Source: a virus
Taxonomy: Duplodnaviria; Caudoviricetes
Length of the DNA: 64,000 nt
Reading direction: 5' to 3' (one strand)
IMG/VR virus record: IMGVR_UViG_3300032311_000675
Coordinates: 723 to 64,722 of that record
Shown here: positions 19,206 through 28,101 of the stretch, piece by piece
How the letters are laid out: each line of letters opens with the position of its first letter
How positions within the stretch are numbered: position 1 is the stretch's first letter
Translations under genes and position numbers: made by a program
Notes under the pieces: generated by a model
What the model saw: the letters and a program-made list of their open reading frames with translations, nothing else
Told to the model about the DNA's origin: nothing
Database searches by the model: none

Positions 19206-20401
19206 CACGGACAAACCTTAGTGGCTGTGAAGTTTGGCCAAGTAGCCAGCCAAGGCCGAGGCTGGTTGCTGTATACCCTTACAATCTCGCCAATGCCTGC
19301 GCTGTTCTCGTATATCCATGCAGATCCGTCATATCGGACAACCTCATCGCCATATTGATATGTATCAAGGCCGTATGGGGCATACCCGATGGGAGACAGG
19401 AGACGAGGGCCATAAGGCCATATTGCGTTTGCGCCAGTCATTAAGACTTTTGCCGTTGCGTCTGGACAGCTTGGCAATGCCACGCTTCCTCCGTCATAAG
19501 AGGCTATGGGATTTGACACGGCCATAGATGACACGTTGTTTGAAACCGTGTAAAAGGCCAAGGTATCGAAACTTGTGAATGGCGTTGCGTCTATGTGTGT
19601 GAATTTCGAGGAATACCCAGATCCATATATATGGCTGGTTAGTTCAATCGAGCTTGCAATTCTTCTTAGCTTGATGGAGACGTTGTACTCGTTTTGACCG
19701 CCGAATCCACCTACGGAAAAAGTTGAAAGTGGCGTGTATACTCCAGTTGTTGTGCTGAGTAGTGGGGGATTTGCTGTTTCTGTTCTTTTGAGGATCCTGT
19801 TGTCTGCTGGCCCATAACCAAACATATAGCCTGAATATCCATTGAAAACGGCATTGGTTAAGCCGTGGTTGTCATAGTTTATGTACGATCCAACACTATT
19901 GAAGAGTCCAATGCGGATTGCGTTGTTAGACGTAATTGTAAAGCCAGTTCTATCAAGCTTGAGTTTTAAAGAGATGCTCAATACCCCCCCTTGCGCTATC
20001 TGTCTTGGTGTCGGCCTGTATCTAGTCCAACCATTTGCATCCTGCGCGTTTGTGGCGCCTGTATAAACTGGCGCACCGCTGGCCGATGCTGTTTTCTGAT
20101 ACAATCCATGACCCGCAAAGCCTCCGTAAACAATATCCCCCACATTATATGTCTTTGATGCGCTGTATGTCGGATACTGATCCTTCATGCAGTCAAAGTG
20201 ACACAGGCAATGTCTTCCGCTTGCACCAGAGAATATCCTCACTTCGCCATTGCCATAAGCTATTGAGTTGGAATCTCCAGAGTTTGCTCCAGACGTAACC
20301 CATTGTCTGTTTGCAAAGCTACCGCCAGCAGTCAGCATGTCTGAATACAGAGCTACTGGAGCCAACCCGCTAGGGGAGGTGGATAAGCGGTTGCCGAGCA
20401 T
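19205..20401 (-). CDS. Putative virion fibre/lectin-like protein
   Basis: 398 aa, G/S/T/Y/N-rich beta-type composition, lower GC, coupled to the upstream gene. Confidence 0.55.
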   Translation of the reverse strand: MLGNRLSTSPSGLAPVALYSDMLTAGGSFANRQWVTSGANSGDSNSIAYGNGEVRIFSGASGRHCLCHFDCMKDQYPTYSASKTYNVGDIVYGGFAGHGLYQKTASASGAPVYTGATNAQDANGWTRYRPTPRQIAQGGVLSISLKLKLDRTGFTITSNNAIRIGLFNSVGSYINYDNHGLTNAVFNGYSGYMFGYGPADNRILKRTETANPPLLSTTTGVYTPLSTFSVGGFGGQNEYNVSIKLRRIASSIELTSHIYGSGYSSKFTHIDATPFTSFDTLAFYTVSNNVSSMAVSNPIASYDGGSVALPSCPDATAKVLMTGANAIWPYGPRLLSPIGYAPYGLDTYQYGDEVVRYDGSAWIYENSAGIGEIVRVYSNQPRPWLATWPNFTATKVCP

Positions 20402-20682
20402 TAGACGTTCCTGTAGGCGATGACTTTTCCGTTGGTCAAAGTAAAGGACGTGAACGATCCAAAAATCGTAGCCCCAGCGGGAAGGGGAATTGCCGACGCT
20501 GTTGACGGCGTCCAGTTGCTTGCGGTTAGGGTAATGACAGATCCCTCGATAGCCTGGATGGCTCCAAAGTTTCCGTCTGTCTGGGTTGCATCGGCAACGT
20601 ATACTGCTCCGCCTTGTCCGAGGGACAGGCTGGTGTCTTTTGCGACTCCTTCAATGCTTTGATCTTTTACTGATGTTGACAT
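20401..20682 (-). CDS. Small beta-rich virion (decoration-like) protein
   Basis: 93 aa, SD GAGGAG, LPAGATIFGSFTSFTLTNGKVIAY tail. Confidence 0.6.
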   Translation of the reverse strand: MSTSVKDQSIEGVAKDTSLSLGQGGAVYVADATQTDGNFGAIQAIEGSVITLTASNWTPSTASAIPLPAGATIFGSFTSFTLTNGKVIAYRNV

Positions 20683-20701
20683 ATATGTTTTCTCCTCTTG
20701 G

Positions 20702-20905
20702 TTATGACTTCTTCCACCAATCGGCGGAGTCCGTCGGTTTGATTTTTTTTGCTAACGTAGAAATTGTTTTTCTGGCCTCCCGAAGTCCAATGGTAAGGCG
20801 AACGCAGGGAGTTCCGTCTTTATCAAGAAAGCACTCAAGGAATCCCTCGTCGTGAAGGTAGGAGATCGCCGCTAGGGCTTCTTTTTCTCGGTTGTAGCTC
20901 ACCAC
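20702..20905 (-). CDS. Hypothetical protein
   Basis: ORF with SD AGGAG. Confidence 0.6.
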   Translation of the reverse strand: MVSYNREKEALAAISYLHDEGFLECFLDKDGTPCVRLTIGLREARKTISTLAKKIKPTDSADWWKKS

Positions 20906-20914
20906 TCAACTCCT

Positions 20915-21042
20915 AGCCCTAACAACAAGCGGGCGGGGGCCTCCCAAGATAACCGAGTCATGCCGACGTAAGGACCTACGCCTTCAATTCCCGACTGAGG
21001 TGGTTGTCCACCTATCTTGGCCGCCCGCTTGGTGTTAGCGCT
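20915..21042 (-). ncRNA. Candidate structured RNA (~128 nt)
   Basis: Closing stem CTAACACCAAGCGGGCGG..CCAAGATA / TATCTTGG..CCGCCCGCTTGTTGTTAG with inner hairpins AGGTGG-ACAA-CCACCT and GGCGTAG..TTACGTC. Confidence 0.55.
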
Positions 21043-21044
21043 CC

Positions 21045-22724
21045 TCATATGCTTGAGTAGCCTCCAGCGGTAATCAAACTATTGTATCCCCAGTAAAACA
21101 GAGGCACTACTTCACTAAAACCGAAGTAGTGATTACCAGAATCCATTCCAGACCAGTCTGCTGGACTATCTGGATGTTTATACGTCCCACGGATCTCAAT
21201 ATTGTCAATTCGCCAGTTTCCCAATGTCGCCGCTGATGTGCCCCCATACCCAATTATTTGTAATTGCGTATATGTAGAAAGCGGTGCAATTCCTCCAGTA
21301 TTAAAGGAAGCAACTTGCCAAGTGCTTGTGGTTGAAACTGCGGTAACGCCCGAAGTTAATCCGCTTGATGGCGATGATAGACCAGAGTTAATGAACGTCT
21401 GTAGGTTTGTTGGACCAGTCGATGTTGAGCGCGTATAAAATTTGTATTCGGTAATTTTATGCGCTGCCGACGAAAAATCTATTTGGAATCTTGTGCTTGT
21501 ATTTATGTTGTATGCCCCTGCGACAGCAGATGCCAATAGGTTATATCCACCCTGCGGGCTTGCTGACGCAAAGCTAAGTAATGCTGGTGATGGTGAGCTT
21601 CCGTCATTGAATCTTTGAACTGATGGATATGCGTATGAACTGTAATCAATGGACGGCTCCATATATGTTGGCCTCGTGTTTGCCGTGTTGGAAACAGCGA
21701 CAGATCCATCTGGCCCGTTAAATTGGTAAATCAGCTTTGCGGTTACTGGGTTCTCTACATAGTTAAAAAGTTTTGGTGCTGTAGATGTATCTGGGGGCCA
21801 AGTTGGTTCGCCATTCACTCTTCGTATTACGCTTCCAATCCTTCTTTGCTTTTCAGTTGTATCTTCAATAAACGATCTGCGTTGTTGCATTCCAAACATC
21901 TGCTCTGCAGGCGTTGGGCCGTTAGGGCTGTACACAGATCTGTAGACCTTCCCTATAGGGTCCGTGGTAAAGCTTAATGCTATAAAATGCCAGCCCCTTT
22001 TAACTCCAAATGTTGCTGGAGAAAATACGGCTGTTTCATCCTCTGCGTTTACTGCAAGGTTTGTTCCAAGATTGCGAACAAGGGTCATGTGCCCATTCGA
22101 AGTGGGCTGTGTAGATCCGTTGTAGTTGTCTCCAGCAAATAGAGCCGCTGATATGGTTCCAGAATAGTTCTTTACTGGAATCCTTAAGCTAAACTGAACT
22201 GACGCAGTATTTTTGATAAATATAGGAACGTAGTAGATTGGCCTTGATGTTGTTGACCATCCCTCGGTCCCGTCAAAAAGTGTCGGAGAAGATCCGTAGT
22301 TATAGAAGCTTTGCTCCGTTCCTCTTGCGCTAGTCATTGATCCAGAAGGCCAACCAAGCAGGTTTCTGTGAAATATATTTGAGCTGTCGTCTTTGTAAGC
22401 TAGGTAGGCCGTGTCATAAATCCCATGGATATCGGATGTGTCTTGTCGGTGTGTTTCTAAAGCGTCCGATACGTTCGTTTGTGTGGCTAGGTTTGCCGTG
22501 TTTGCTATGCCGTGAACTGACGTAGTGGCAGAGTTATGTGTTGTGATTTTCCCGTCAACCTCTGCGTCTAGTGAGGCTTGGTCGGGAAGGTTGGCTGTAG
22601 GAACTTTAGCGTTTTCGTCCAGCGGGGCATAGCCGTTGGCTTGCCCCTTGTTATCCTTGGACTCGAAATTGCTTCCGCCCGCAGGCGTTATAAAGCCGTC
22701 CGTGTATGGAAGTTGTATTGCCAC
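21045..22724 (-). CDS. Tail fibre / receptor-binding-like protein
   Basis: KGQANGYAPLDENAKVP and H-x-x-x-T-T-x-VHGI fibre-type repeats; beta-rich C-terminus. Confidence 0.7.
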   Translation of the reverse strand: MAIQLPYTDGFITPAGGSNFESKDNKGQANGYAPLDENAKVPTANLPDQASLDAEVDGKITTHNSATTSVHGIANTANLATQTNVSDALETHRQDTSDIHGIYDTAYLAYKDDSSNIFHRNLLGWPSGSMTSARGTEQSFYNYGSSPTLFDGTEGWSTTSRPIYYVPIFIKNTASVQFSLRIPVKNYSGTISAALFAGDNYNGSTQPTSNGHMTLVRNLGTNLAVNAEDETAVFSPATFGVKRGWHFIALSFTTDPIGKVYRSVYSPNGPTPAEQMFGMQQRRSFIEDTTEKQRRIGSVIRRVNGEPTWPPDTSTAPKLFNYVENPVTAKLIYQFNGPDGSVAVSNTANTRPTYMEPSIDYSSYAYPSVQRFNDGSSPSPALLSFASASPQGGYNLLASAVAGAYNINTSTRFQIDFSSAAHKITEYKFYTRSTSTGPTNLQTFINSGLSSPSSGLTSGVTAVSTTSTWQVASFNTGGIAPLSTYTQLQIIGYGGTSAATLGNWRIDNIEIRGTYKHPDSPADWSGMDSGNHYFGFSEVVPLFYWGYNSLITAGGYSSI

Positions 22725-22773
22725 AAATCACACGCTCGAACCTATTACCAAACCAGCAAACAGGATCTGCGGT

Positions 22774-22784
22774 ATGCGTCGTTA
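22774..22784. promoter_or_regulatory. Late-type palindrome (degenerate, ATGCGTCGTTA)
   Basis: Centre 22779 is 55 bp upstream of GTG 22724; TTGCTG at -35. Confidence 0.6.
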
Positions 22785-23051
22785 TCGCATAATCATGTGA
22801 GCTTCTGAATATGCCCAAGCTGGGTTTTTATGGATCTTGTCGTGGCAACCAGAGCAAACCCCTAGAAAGTAACCAGCGTCGGTCAGCCTTTCTCCAAAGC
22901 GACCTCTTTTGTGGTGGATCTGATCGGCGAGTCTGGAATGGCAGACTTCGCACATAGGCTTCTTGTCTAGGTAGTCTTTACGGATCTTTGTGTAGAGCCT
23001 GTTTTGTTTGGCTCGTTTCTTGGACACCCTGCGGAGGGGCGACCTTTTCAA
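22782..23051 (-). CDS. Small HNH endonuclease-like protein
   Basis: CEVC...IHHKRGR...VCSGCHDKIH. Confidence 0.8.
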   Translation of the reverse strand: MKRSPLRRVSKKRAKQNRLYTKIRKDYLDKKPMCEVCHSRLADQIHHKRGRFGERLTDAGYFLGVCSGCHDKIHKNPAWAYSEAHMIMR

Positions 23052-23254
23052 GACTTTGCTATTTGTTTTAGGGCTTCTTGAATTGCGTAGGAAATGACGG
23101 CCTGTCTGTCTTTTTTCAATAACTTCATTCCGCTTTGGAAAAGCCTCTTCTCGGCTACTGCGTCAAAGGTAACGTCGACTTCGACCATTTTCGGAGCTGG
23201 CCGAGATTTGCCAAACTTGATTATCCCGAGATTCTTTTTCACTAGCAGTCCCAC
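23048..23254 (-). CDS. Hypothetical protein
   Basis: ORF coupled to the downstream gene. Confidence 0.55.
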   Translation of the reverse strand: MGLLVKKNLGIIKFGKSRPAPKMVEVDVTFDAVAEKRLFQSGMKLLKKDRQAVISYAIQEALKQIAKS

Positions 23255-23284
23255 TTGCGAAGGCTCTTATTGATTCGGGCTGGA

Positions 23285-23503
23285 CTACTCGGCATAAGAC
23301 TTACGGACGTTTTTCTTGGATAGCTTTGTGGACTGTACTTTTTCTTTCGGAACGAAGTCTCTGATCCTTTCCTTCTTGTATTTCATCTTGTTCCAGTTGG
23401 GATCGTTGATGGAATTATCCGCACCCATTCGCAGGGCGTTATTCTGGTTCTCTGCGTCGGTAGCCATGTAGGCCTCTTCGGGGCCAGCGTATTTGTCGGC
23501 CAT
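23285..23503 (-). CDS. Hypothetical basic protein
   Basis: ORF; ends VRKSYAE, similar to neighbour's LRKSYPE. Confidence 0.6.
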   Translation of the reverse strand: MADKYAGPEEAYMATDAENQNNALRMGADNSINDPNWNKMKYKKERIRDFVPKEKVQSTKLSKKNVRKSYAE

Positions 23504-23506
23504 AAA

Positions 23507-23809
23507 TTACTCTGGGTAAGACTTGCGAAGGTCGATCTTGGGTTTGCTTGCACGAGGCAAAGGCTTTTGCATTGGCCTTTCAGTCTTTTTTGCCATTTGG
23601 GACATTGAGGACATTGATTCAGATAATCCTTCTGCGGCGTTGCTAGATGCGGTGCTATTGAAGTCTTCTTTTTTTGCTTTGTATTTCTTAATAGCAGATT
23701 TCACCCCTTGAGCGGCCGCAACTCCTGGAACAACCGCTCCAGCGATATCGTATCCAGAGAAGCGGGGCTTGCTCATCTCTTCGTTCATTTTGTTCCAGAT
23801 GTCTCCCAT
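23507..23809 (-). CDS. Hypothetical protein (start revised to 23809)
   Basis: MGDIWNKMNEE start avoids overlap with the SET gene and lies 55 bp from the palindrome. Confidence 0.6.
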   Translation of the reverse strand: MGDIWNKMNEEMSKPRFSGYDIAGAVVPGVAAAQGVKSAIKKYKAKKEDFNSTASSNAAEGLSESMSSMSQMAKKTERPMQKPLPRASKPKIDLRKSYPE

Positions 23810-23858
23810 TCGGCGAGAATGGGAAGTCGCTATTTTTCTGAAAGTACTTTTCAGTATT

Positions 23859-23869
23859 AAGCGACGCAT
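23859..23869. promoter_or_regulatory. Bidirectional late-type palindrome AAGCGACGCAT
   Basis: Centre 23864 is 55 bp from ATG 23809 (-) and 54 bp from ATG 23918 (+). Confidence 0.7.
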
Positions 23870-23917
23870 AGCTCCGTGGTGTGTGGTATCGCTTTTTATT
23901 TCAGATATTTGTCTTTG

Positions 23918-24496
23918 ATGGCCGATGTGAAAGAGGCTTGGGACAAGTTGAAGATCGACGGATTCTTCACGCCACACCTACGAGTCAAGGAGGCTGGAAA
24001 CAAGGGGCTGGGAGTTTTTGCAAATATCGATATTGAGAAGGGGAAGCCGATTGAGTTTTGTCATTCCATCGTGATGGAGCATCGCAACCGCTATCAGCAC
24101 GACCCAGAGTTTCGTCGCTACTCTTACTGGGCTAATTGCGATTGTGATGAATGCAAGAAGCACGGATCCCAAGCTGTTCTACCTTTGGGCAATGGTTGTA
24201 TTTACAACTGCGCTGATGCACAGGAGCTGGCGAATTGTGCGTACAAGGTGATTCCCAATCAGAGGTTGGTGGTATTTTTTGCTGTCAAAGATATCAAAGC
24301 AGGGGATGAGATTCTGACTTGGTGGGGGCAGGGGTATTACAACCGATATTGTAAGGCTAGTTCTCCCCCCGATACGAAGGTGGTTGATGGTACAGCGTCG
24401 GCCACTTCTGATTCTTATCCGACATCTCGTACTGAATCTTCGGATCCACGCCCTGTCGAAACTTCGGCAGAAGCAAAAGTCGAGACCAGCCAGTAA
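23918..24496 (+). CDS. SET-domain protein-lysine methyltransferase-like protein
   Basis: KGLGVFANIDIEKG, LPLGNGCIYNC, FFAVKDIKAGDEIL. Confidence 0.85.
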   Translation: MADVKEAWDKLKIDGFFTPHLRVKEAGNKGLGVFANIDIEKGKPIEFCHSIVMEHRNRYQHDPEFRRYSYWANCDCDECKKHGSQAVLPLGNGCIYNCADAQELANCAYKVIPNQRLVVFFAVKDIKAGDEILTWWGQGYYNRYCKASSPPDTKVVDGTASATSDSYPTSRTESSDPRPVETSAEAKVETSQ

Positions 24497-24546
24497 GTTT
24501 GTTAAAGACACTAGGCCTTCCAGACTTGGGGATTCCTGTGAGTAGT

Positions 24547-25185
24547 TTAATCATCTTGGCTTCTCGTTGTTGCTTTCTCCTTTAATACCTTTCGCCACAA
24601 ACGCCAAGCTGTTCCTGGTGAAAGTCCAAGTGTTCGAGACAAGTGACGGACGCTTACCACCTCACCAGAATCAATCACAAGCCTAGCGAGCTGGAGCTGT
24701 TCTTGGGTAACCGATGTAACCCGACCACAATGTACGCCTCGATCCATGGCGGCACGCATCCCAGCTTTGGTACGCTCACGAATCAGATCACGCTCAAACT
24801 CTGCGACGGCCGCAAGCACATTGAGCTGTAACTTGGAGGCGGGGTTCATAGCTCCTCCTGTCGTGTCGATACCTTGGGATGGGACACACAAACCGCAGTC
24901 GTAGGACAGAAGGTCGTTAATCAATCCAGCCAAGTGTTGGGTAGACCTACCAAGCCTATCAAGTTTCCAAGCCAAGATAACTTGGATCTCCTTGTCCATC
25001 GCCGCCCGCATCATCTTGTCCAAGGCTGGGCGTTCTGTAACAGACCCAGATATTCCGTGATCCTCGTAAAAAACAGGAGTCCAACCCCGAGCCTTGCAGA
25101 TCTGGGTAAGGTTATCCTTTTGAAGGTCGGTGTTCTGCTCGTCTGTCGATACTCTTAAATAGATACCAGCATTTGATGTAGTCAT
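24547..25185 (-). CDS. Small serine recombinase (resolvase/invertase) with C-terminal HTH
   Basis: YLRVSTDEQ, KLDRLGRS, AEFERDLIRERTKAG; start revised to MTTSNAG at 25185. Confidence 0.93.
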   Translation of the reverse strand: MTTSNAGIYLRVSTDEQNTDLQKDNLTQICKARGWTPVFYEDHGISGSVTERPALDKMMRAAMDKEIQVILAWKLDRLGRSTQHLAGLINDLLSYDCGLCVPSQGIDTTGGAMNPASKLQLNVLAAVAEFERDLIRERTKAGMRAAMDRGVHCGRVTSVTQEQLQLARLVIDSGEVVSVRHLSRTLGLSPGTAWRLWRKVLKEKATTRSQDD

Positions 25186-25267
25186 ATCCCTGTAGTCCTC
25201 TGGTGTTCCCATTTTTGCGTTCTGGGTGTCCGAATTAAAAAGGGGTACCCTTTCGGACAAGGTTTCT

Positions 25268-25435
25268 GTGACAGAAATCGTGACATAACGGTTTTGTCAC
25301 GCAAATGTCACGCCTTGGTAGTTCTTAATAATTAAGCTATTCCAAAAGCAAGCCGTGACACGTCACGCTCTGTCACGCCCTTGCAACGAAATAATCACGG
25401 GGCAGAAGCCAGAAGCCAGAGGCCAGAAGCTAGAT
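25268..25435. repeat. Iteron-like (C)GTGACA/TGTCACG repeats plus CCAGAAG heptad repeat; candidate origin or res site
   Basis: Seven copies at 25268, 25279, 25295, 25306, 25354, 25361, 25371 in both orientations, followed by AT-rich DNA. Confidence 0.65.
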
Positions 25436-25987
25436 ATACAGGGAGTGGCTGTCGCCACATACGTTCGTGCTTTCTTTATTAAACTCAAATTAGATGGGGT
25501 AGGCAACATTACGCATTCTAACGACTCGGATCGTTTCTAGGGGCATTTAAAAGCGATTGTGGGGCTTTTAATAATAGAGTCTGACGTTAGATTTTATAAG
25601 TAGGGGCTATTAGAAAAAAGGGGGAGGGGGGTTATAGGGTAAAAAAATTTTAGGGGGGGGTGGCTATTTTGAAGCACCAGGAACAAATTGGCGGCAGGGG
25701 GTGGGTGGGCTGTTGAAGTGGGGGAGGGTAGGTATCTATTTCTTTTTATCGTAGAACACGAACGACTGGGATGCGTGAAATTGGGGGTTGGGTAGGGGTG
25801 GCCTCTGGAGATTCGTGCCTGTCGTTGCCTGTGTGTCCTCTAGCGTTCCCTGTGTCCAGCGTCCGAAAGCCTCCCTCAACGGACACCGCCCAAACCGCCC
25901 ACCCTTTCGGACACTCCCGACCCGCCGACCCTCCCCCCATCTCACGCACGACCCCCCAAACGCAAGAAGGGACACCCTTGCCCTTGC

Positions 25988-26269
25988 CTAGTCCAAGGTA
26001 ATCGTTCTGGTCTTGTGGTTTGCCCGCTTAAAGATTGCCAGCCTGTTGCGGGGTTGCGTCTTCAGTTCCGCCCATAGCCTTTCAACCGCTGACAGGTCGG
26101 GCGTTTCCGCACATACAGGCGAAGCGGGCGAAGATATCCACGCCGAGCCGTTTTCTAGTTCTTCTAGGGTGTATTCGTCCTCTGGTAGTCGAAAACTCTG
26201 CCTCGCCAGCTCTAGCCGTGGGTCTTCCTTAAATCCGTTCCACAATGTCTTCCAGTTCGTTGTATTCAT
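25988..26269 (-). CDS. Hypothetical early protein
   Basis: ORF begins at +1 of the early motif. Confidence 0.6.
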   Translation of the reverse strand: MNTTNWKTLWNGFKEDPRLELARQSFRLPEDEYTLEELENGSAWISSPASPVCAETPDLSAVERLWAELKTQPRNRLAIFKRANHKTRTITLD

Positions 26270-26299
26270 ACCCTTGCGTCCTTGCCTGTTGCATAAAGC

Positions 26300-26326
26300 A
26301 AAAAGGGGAGGCCGTAAAGCCTCCCC
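26300..26326 (-). terminator. Intrinsic terminator
   Basis: GGGGAGGC-TTTACG-GCCTCCCC-TTTTT. Confidence 0.8.
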
Positions 26327-26353
26327 CCTTGCGTCCTTTCTGTGTGTGTTGCC

Positions 26354-26749
26354 TTACACGATGCCCGACTCAACCACGCTTACAGGCTGGAAGTGTGTGT
26401 CAATTTCGATGCCGATGCCCAGCCCGCCTTTGATGCTTGCCAGCTCTGACAGGCTAAACGAACCCCACTCTGGGAAGTCTCCGACCACATACCCAAAGCA
26501 AATGTCCGAGCCGTCCCAGTCTTGCACATACCAAGACCACGAGCCGACAGGGTTAAAGAGTTTAACCCGAAAGACTGGGCTTATGGTGTTGCCGTCTTGG
26601 TCTGTGTTTTCGTCGGTCAAGGGCGTTCCCTGCAAACGGCACGCCTTCTGCATCAATTCAAGCTTCCGCTGTCCGTAGGTGATGCCGTTCTGGTTTATAT
26701 GGTCGGCCAAATATACCCCGCCGACCGCTGGGGCTGTTGTTGTGTTCAT
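26354..26749 (-). CDS. DUF2958-like protein
   Basis: VKLFNPVGSWSWYV...CFGYV...EWGSFSLSEL...GIEID.HF. Confidence 0.8.
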   Translation of the reverse strand: MNTTTAPAVGGVYLADHINQNGITYGQRKLELMQKACRLQGTPLTDENTDQDGNTISPVFRVKLFNPVGSWSWYVQDWDGSDICFGYVVGDFPEWGSFSLSELASIKGGLGIGIEIDTHFQPVSVVESGIV

Positions 26750-26958
26750 ACCTTTGAGTCCTCCGCCGTTGCCTTTTCCCTGTCCCGCAGATAATACTGC
26801 TTTTTAAGTTTCTTCTGGTATGCCGTCCAAGGCTTTTCCCCTAACGCATCCTCCCAAGCCTCCGCTATTGTCTCGCCTTCGCCTACCTTCACAAAGCCGA
26901 GCCAGTTCGTCAGACCGCTGACCGCTTCGATGATATACCGCTTGCCGTGTTGGTTCAT
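26746..26958 (-). CDS. Hypothetical protein
   Basis: SD AAAGGAGG. Confidence 0.65.
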   Translation of the reverse strand: MNQHGKRYIIEAVSGLTNWLGFVKVGEGETIAEAWEDALGEKPWTAYQKKLKKQYYLRDREKATAEDSKV

Positions 26959-27007
26959 TTGCCTCCTTTGGTTAGCTTCTTAAAAAGTTTCCGCTGTTTG
27001 TTTAAGG

Positions 27008-27289
27008 TCATCGTGTTGCCTCCCTCGCTTCCGCAACTGCCAAACACTCCGCTAGGGTTGGCTCTTGCCAGTAGGCCTTGCTGAAGGTCACCATCCACGC
27101 CCGATTGAAGGGGTGACGGATGCCACGAAAGACCATCTCACCAGCGGGGTGGCTCTCGCACTCGTCGGTCAAAATCTTAAACTTGCCCGACTTCACCGAG
27201 CCTTCGATTGTGTAGCCGACCCGCCGAGCCTCGCTTATGTAAGGCCGTAGGGCTTCCAGCGTCATCAATTTGATAAATGTATTTTCCAT
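27008..27289 (-). CDS. Hypothetical protein (start revised)
   Basis: SD AAAGGAGA before ATG 27289. Confidence 0.65.
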   Translation of the reverse strand: MENTFIKLMTLEALRPYISEARRVGYTIEGSVKSGKFKILTDECESHPAGEMVFRGIRHPFNRAWMVTFSKAYWQEPTLAECLAVAEAREATR

Positions 27290-27333
27290 TGTTCTCCTTT
27301 GTGGCCGTTGGGGTTGAACCTTGGCCTTTCGTG

Positions 27334-27450
27334 TTAGCTCAACGCCATTTCGCCGTGATACGAACCGCAAAGGTCATACACGGACAGCGTGAGGTCGGTA
27401 GAGGTTTCGTTTTGGGTTTCCGTCCAGTTTAGTTCGTTGTTGTTGCTCAT
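27334..27450 (-). CDS. 38-aa acidic peptide (not in ORF track)
   Basis: MSNNNELNWTETQNETSTDLTLSVYDLCGSYHGEMALS starts at motif +1. Confidence 0.45.
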   Translation of the reverse strand: MSNNNELNWTETQNETSTDLTLSVYDLCGSYHGEMALS

Positions 27451-27477
27451 AGTCTGGAGTCCGTGGGTGTTGCCGTC

Positions 27478-27972
27478 TTAGAGTCTGCTCGCACACACCC
27501 GCCCAATCCCACGCTCAACGCTGTCGGGATCTGTCAGCCTTGCACCGCAGACAATACACCGCCCGATTGCCCGCCCAATCTCTTGGCATTGTGCGAGCGT
27601 GAGACGCATTGATTCGTCAAGGCTTCCCATCGCACCCCGCACGAAATCAAACTTTCCTGTCTGGGTGTTGAGGGTGAGGGCATAGAGATGCCCCGCCGAT
27701 GCTTTCTGGACTCGGTAGACGATGCCCGATGCGTCCCGATACATTCCTTCCGCCTTCGGGGAATTGGTCGGGGTTGGGTTAGCCTCTTGCCATCTGTCGA
27801 GGGCTTGTCGGAAAGCCACCGAGTCGGCATAGCGGTGATTGGGCAGAAAGTTTTCTGCAAACCAACGCAAGGAGGTTGCGGGCATATTTGAAACGGCCAC
27901 GCCCCGCCACTTCCCAACAGGGCAAAGGGCGGAGCGGTAATCTTCTGATAGTGTGTGTGGGTTGTTGTTCAT
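27478..27972 (-). CDS. DUF6011-like Zn-finger protein
   Basis: CIVCGARLTDPDSVERGIGRVC; N-terminal PVGKWRG...SLRW. Confidence 0.75.
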   Translation of the reverse strand: MNNNPHTLSEDYRSALCPVGKWRGVAVSNMPATSLRWFAENFLPNHRYADSVAFRQALDRWQEANPTPTNSPKAEGMYRDASGIVYRVQKASAGHLYALTLNTQTGKFDFVRGAMGSLDESMRLTLAQCQEIGRAIGRCIVCGARLTDPDSVERGIGRVCASRL

Positions 27973-27996
27973 ACCCACGAGTCCGTCCGTGTTGCC

Positions 27997-28101
27997 TCAT
28001 TTCAAAAACTCCAGCCAATCCAACAAGGCCATCCCAATCAGAACGCCGAAGGACAGGACGCACCACCACTTCAACATCTCGGCAAGCCTGTCGTTCGTCA
28101 T
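27997..28101 (-). CDS. 34-aa single-TM protein (not in ORF track)
   Basis: MTNDRLAEMLKWWCVLSFGVLIGMALLDWLEFLK; ATGA coupling, SD GAGGAGG. Confidence 0.55.
   Translation of the reverse strand: MTNDRLAEMLKWWCVLSFGVLIGMALLDWLEFLK

Noticed and set aside
25736-26001. Four overlapping short ORFs in the G/C-tract block
   Set aside because: Low-complexity by-products with no SD, motif or coupling
26328-27340. Degenerate early-motif copies at ~26328-26353 and ~27322-27338
   Set aside because: Wrong spacing or altered GGACT core and no start at +1; not counted among the 16
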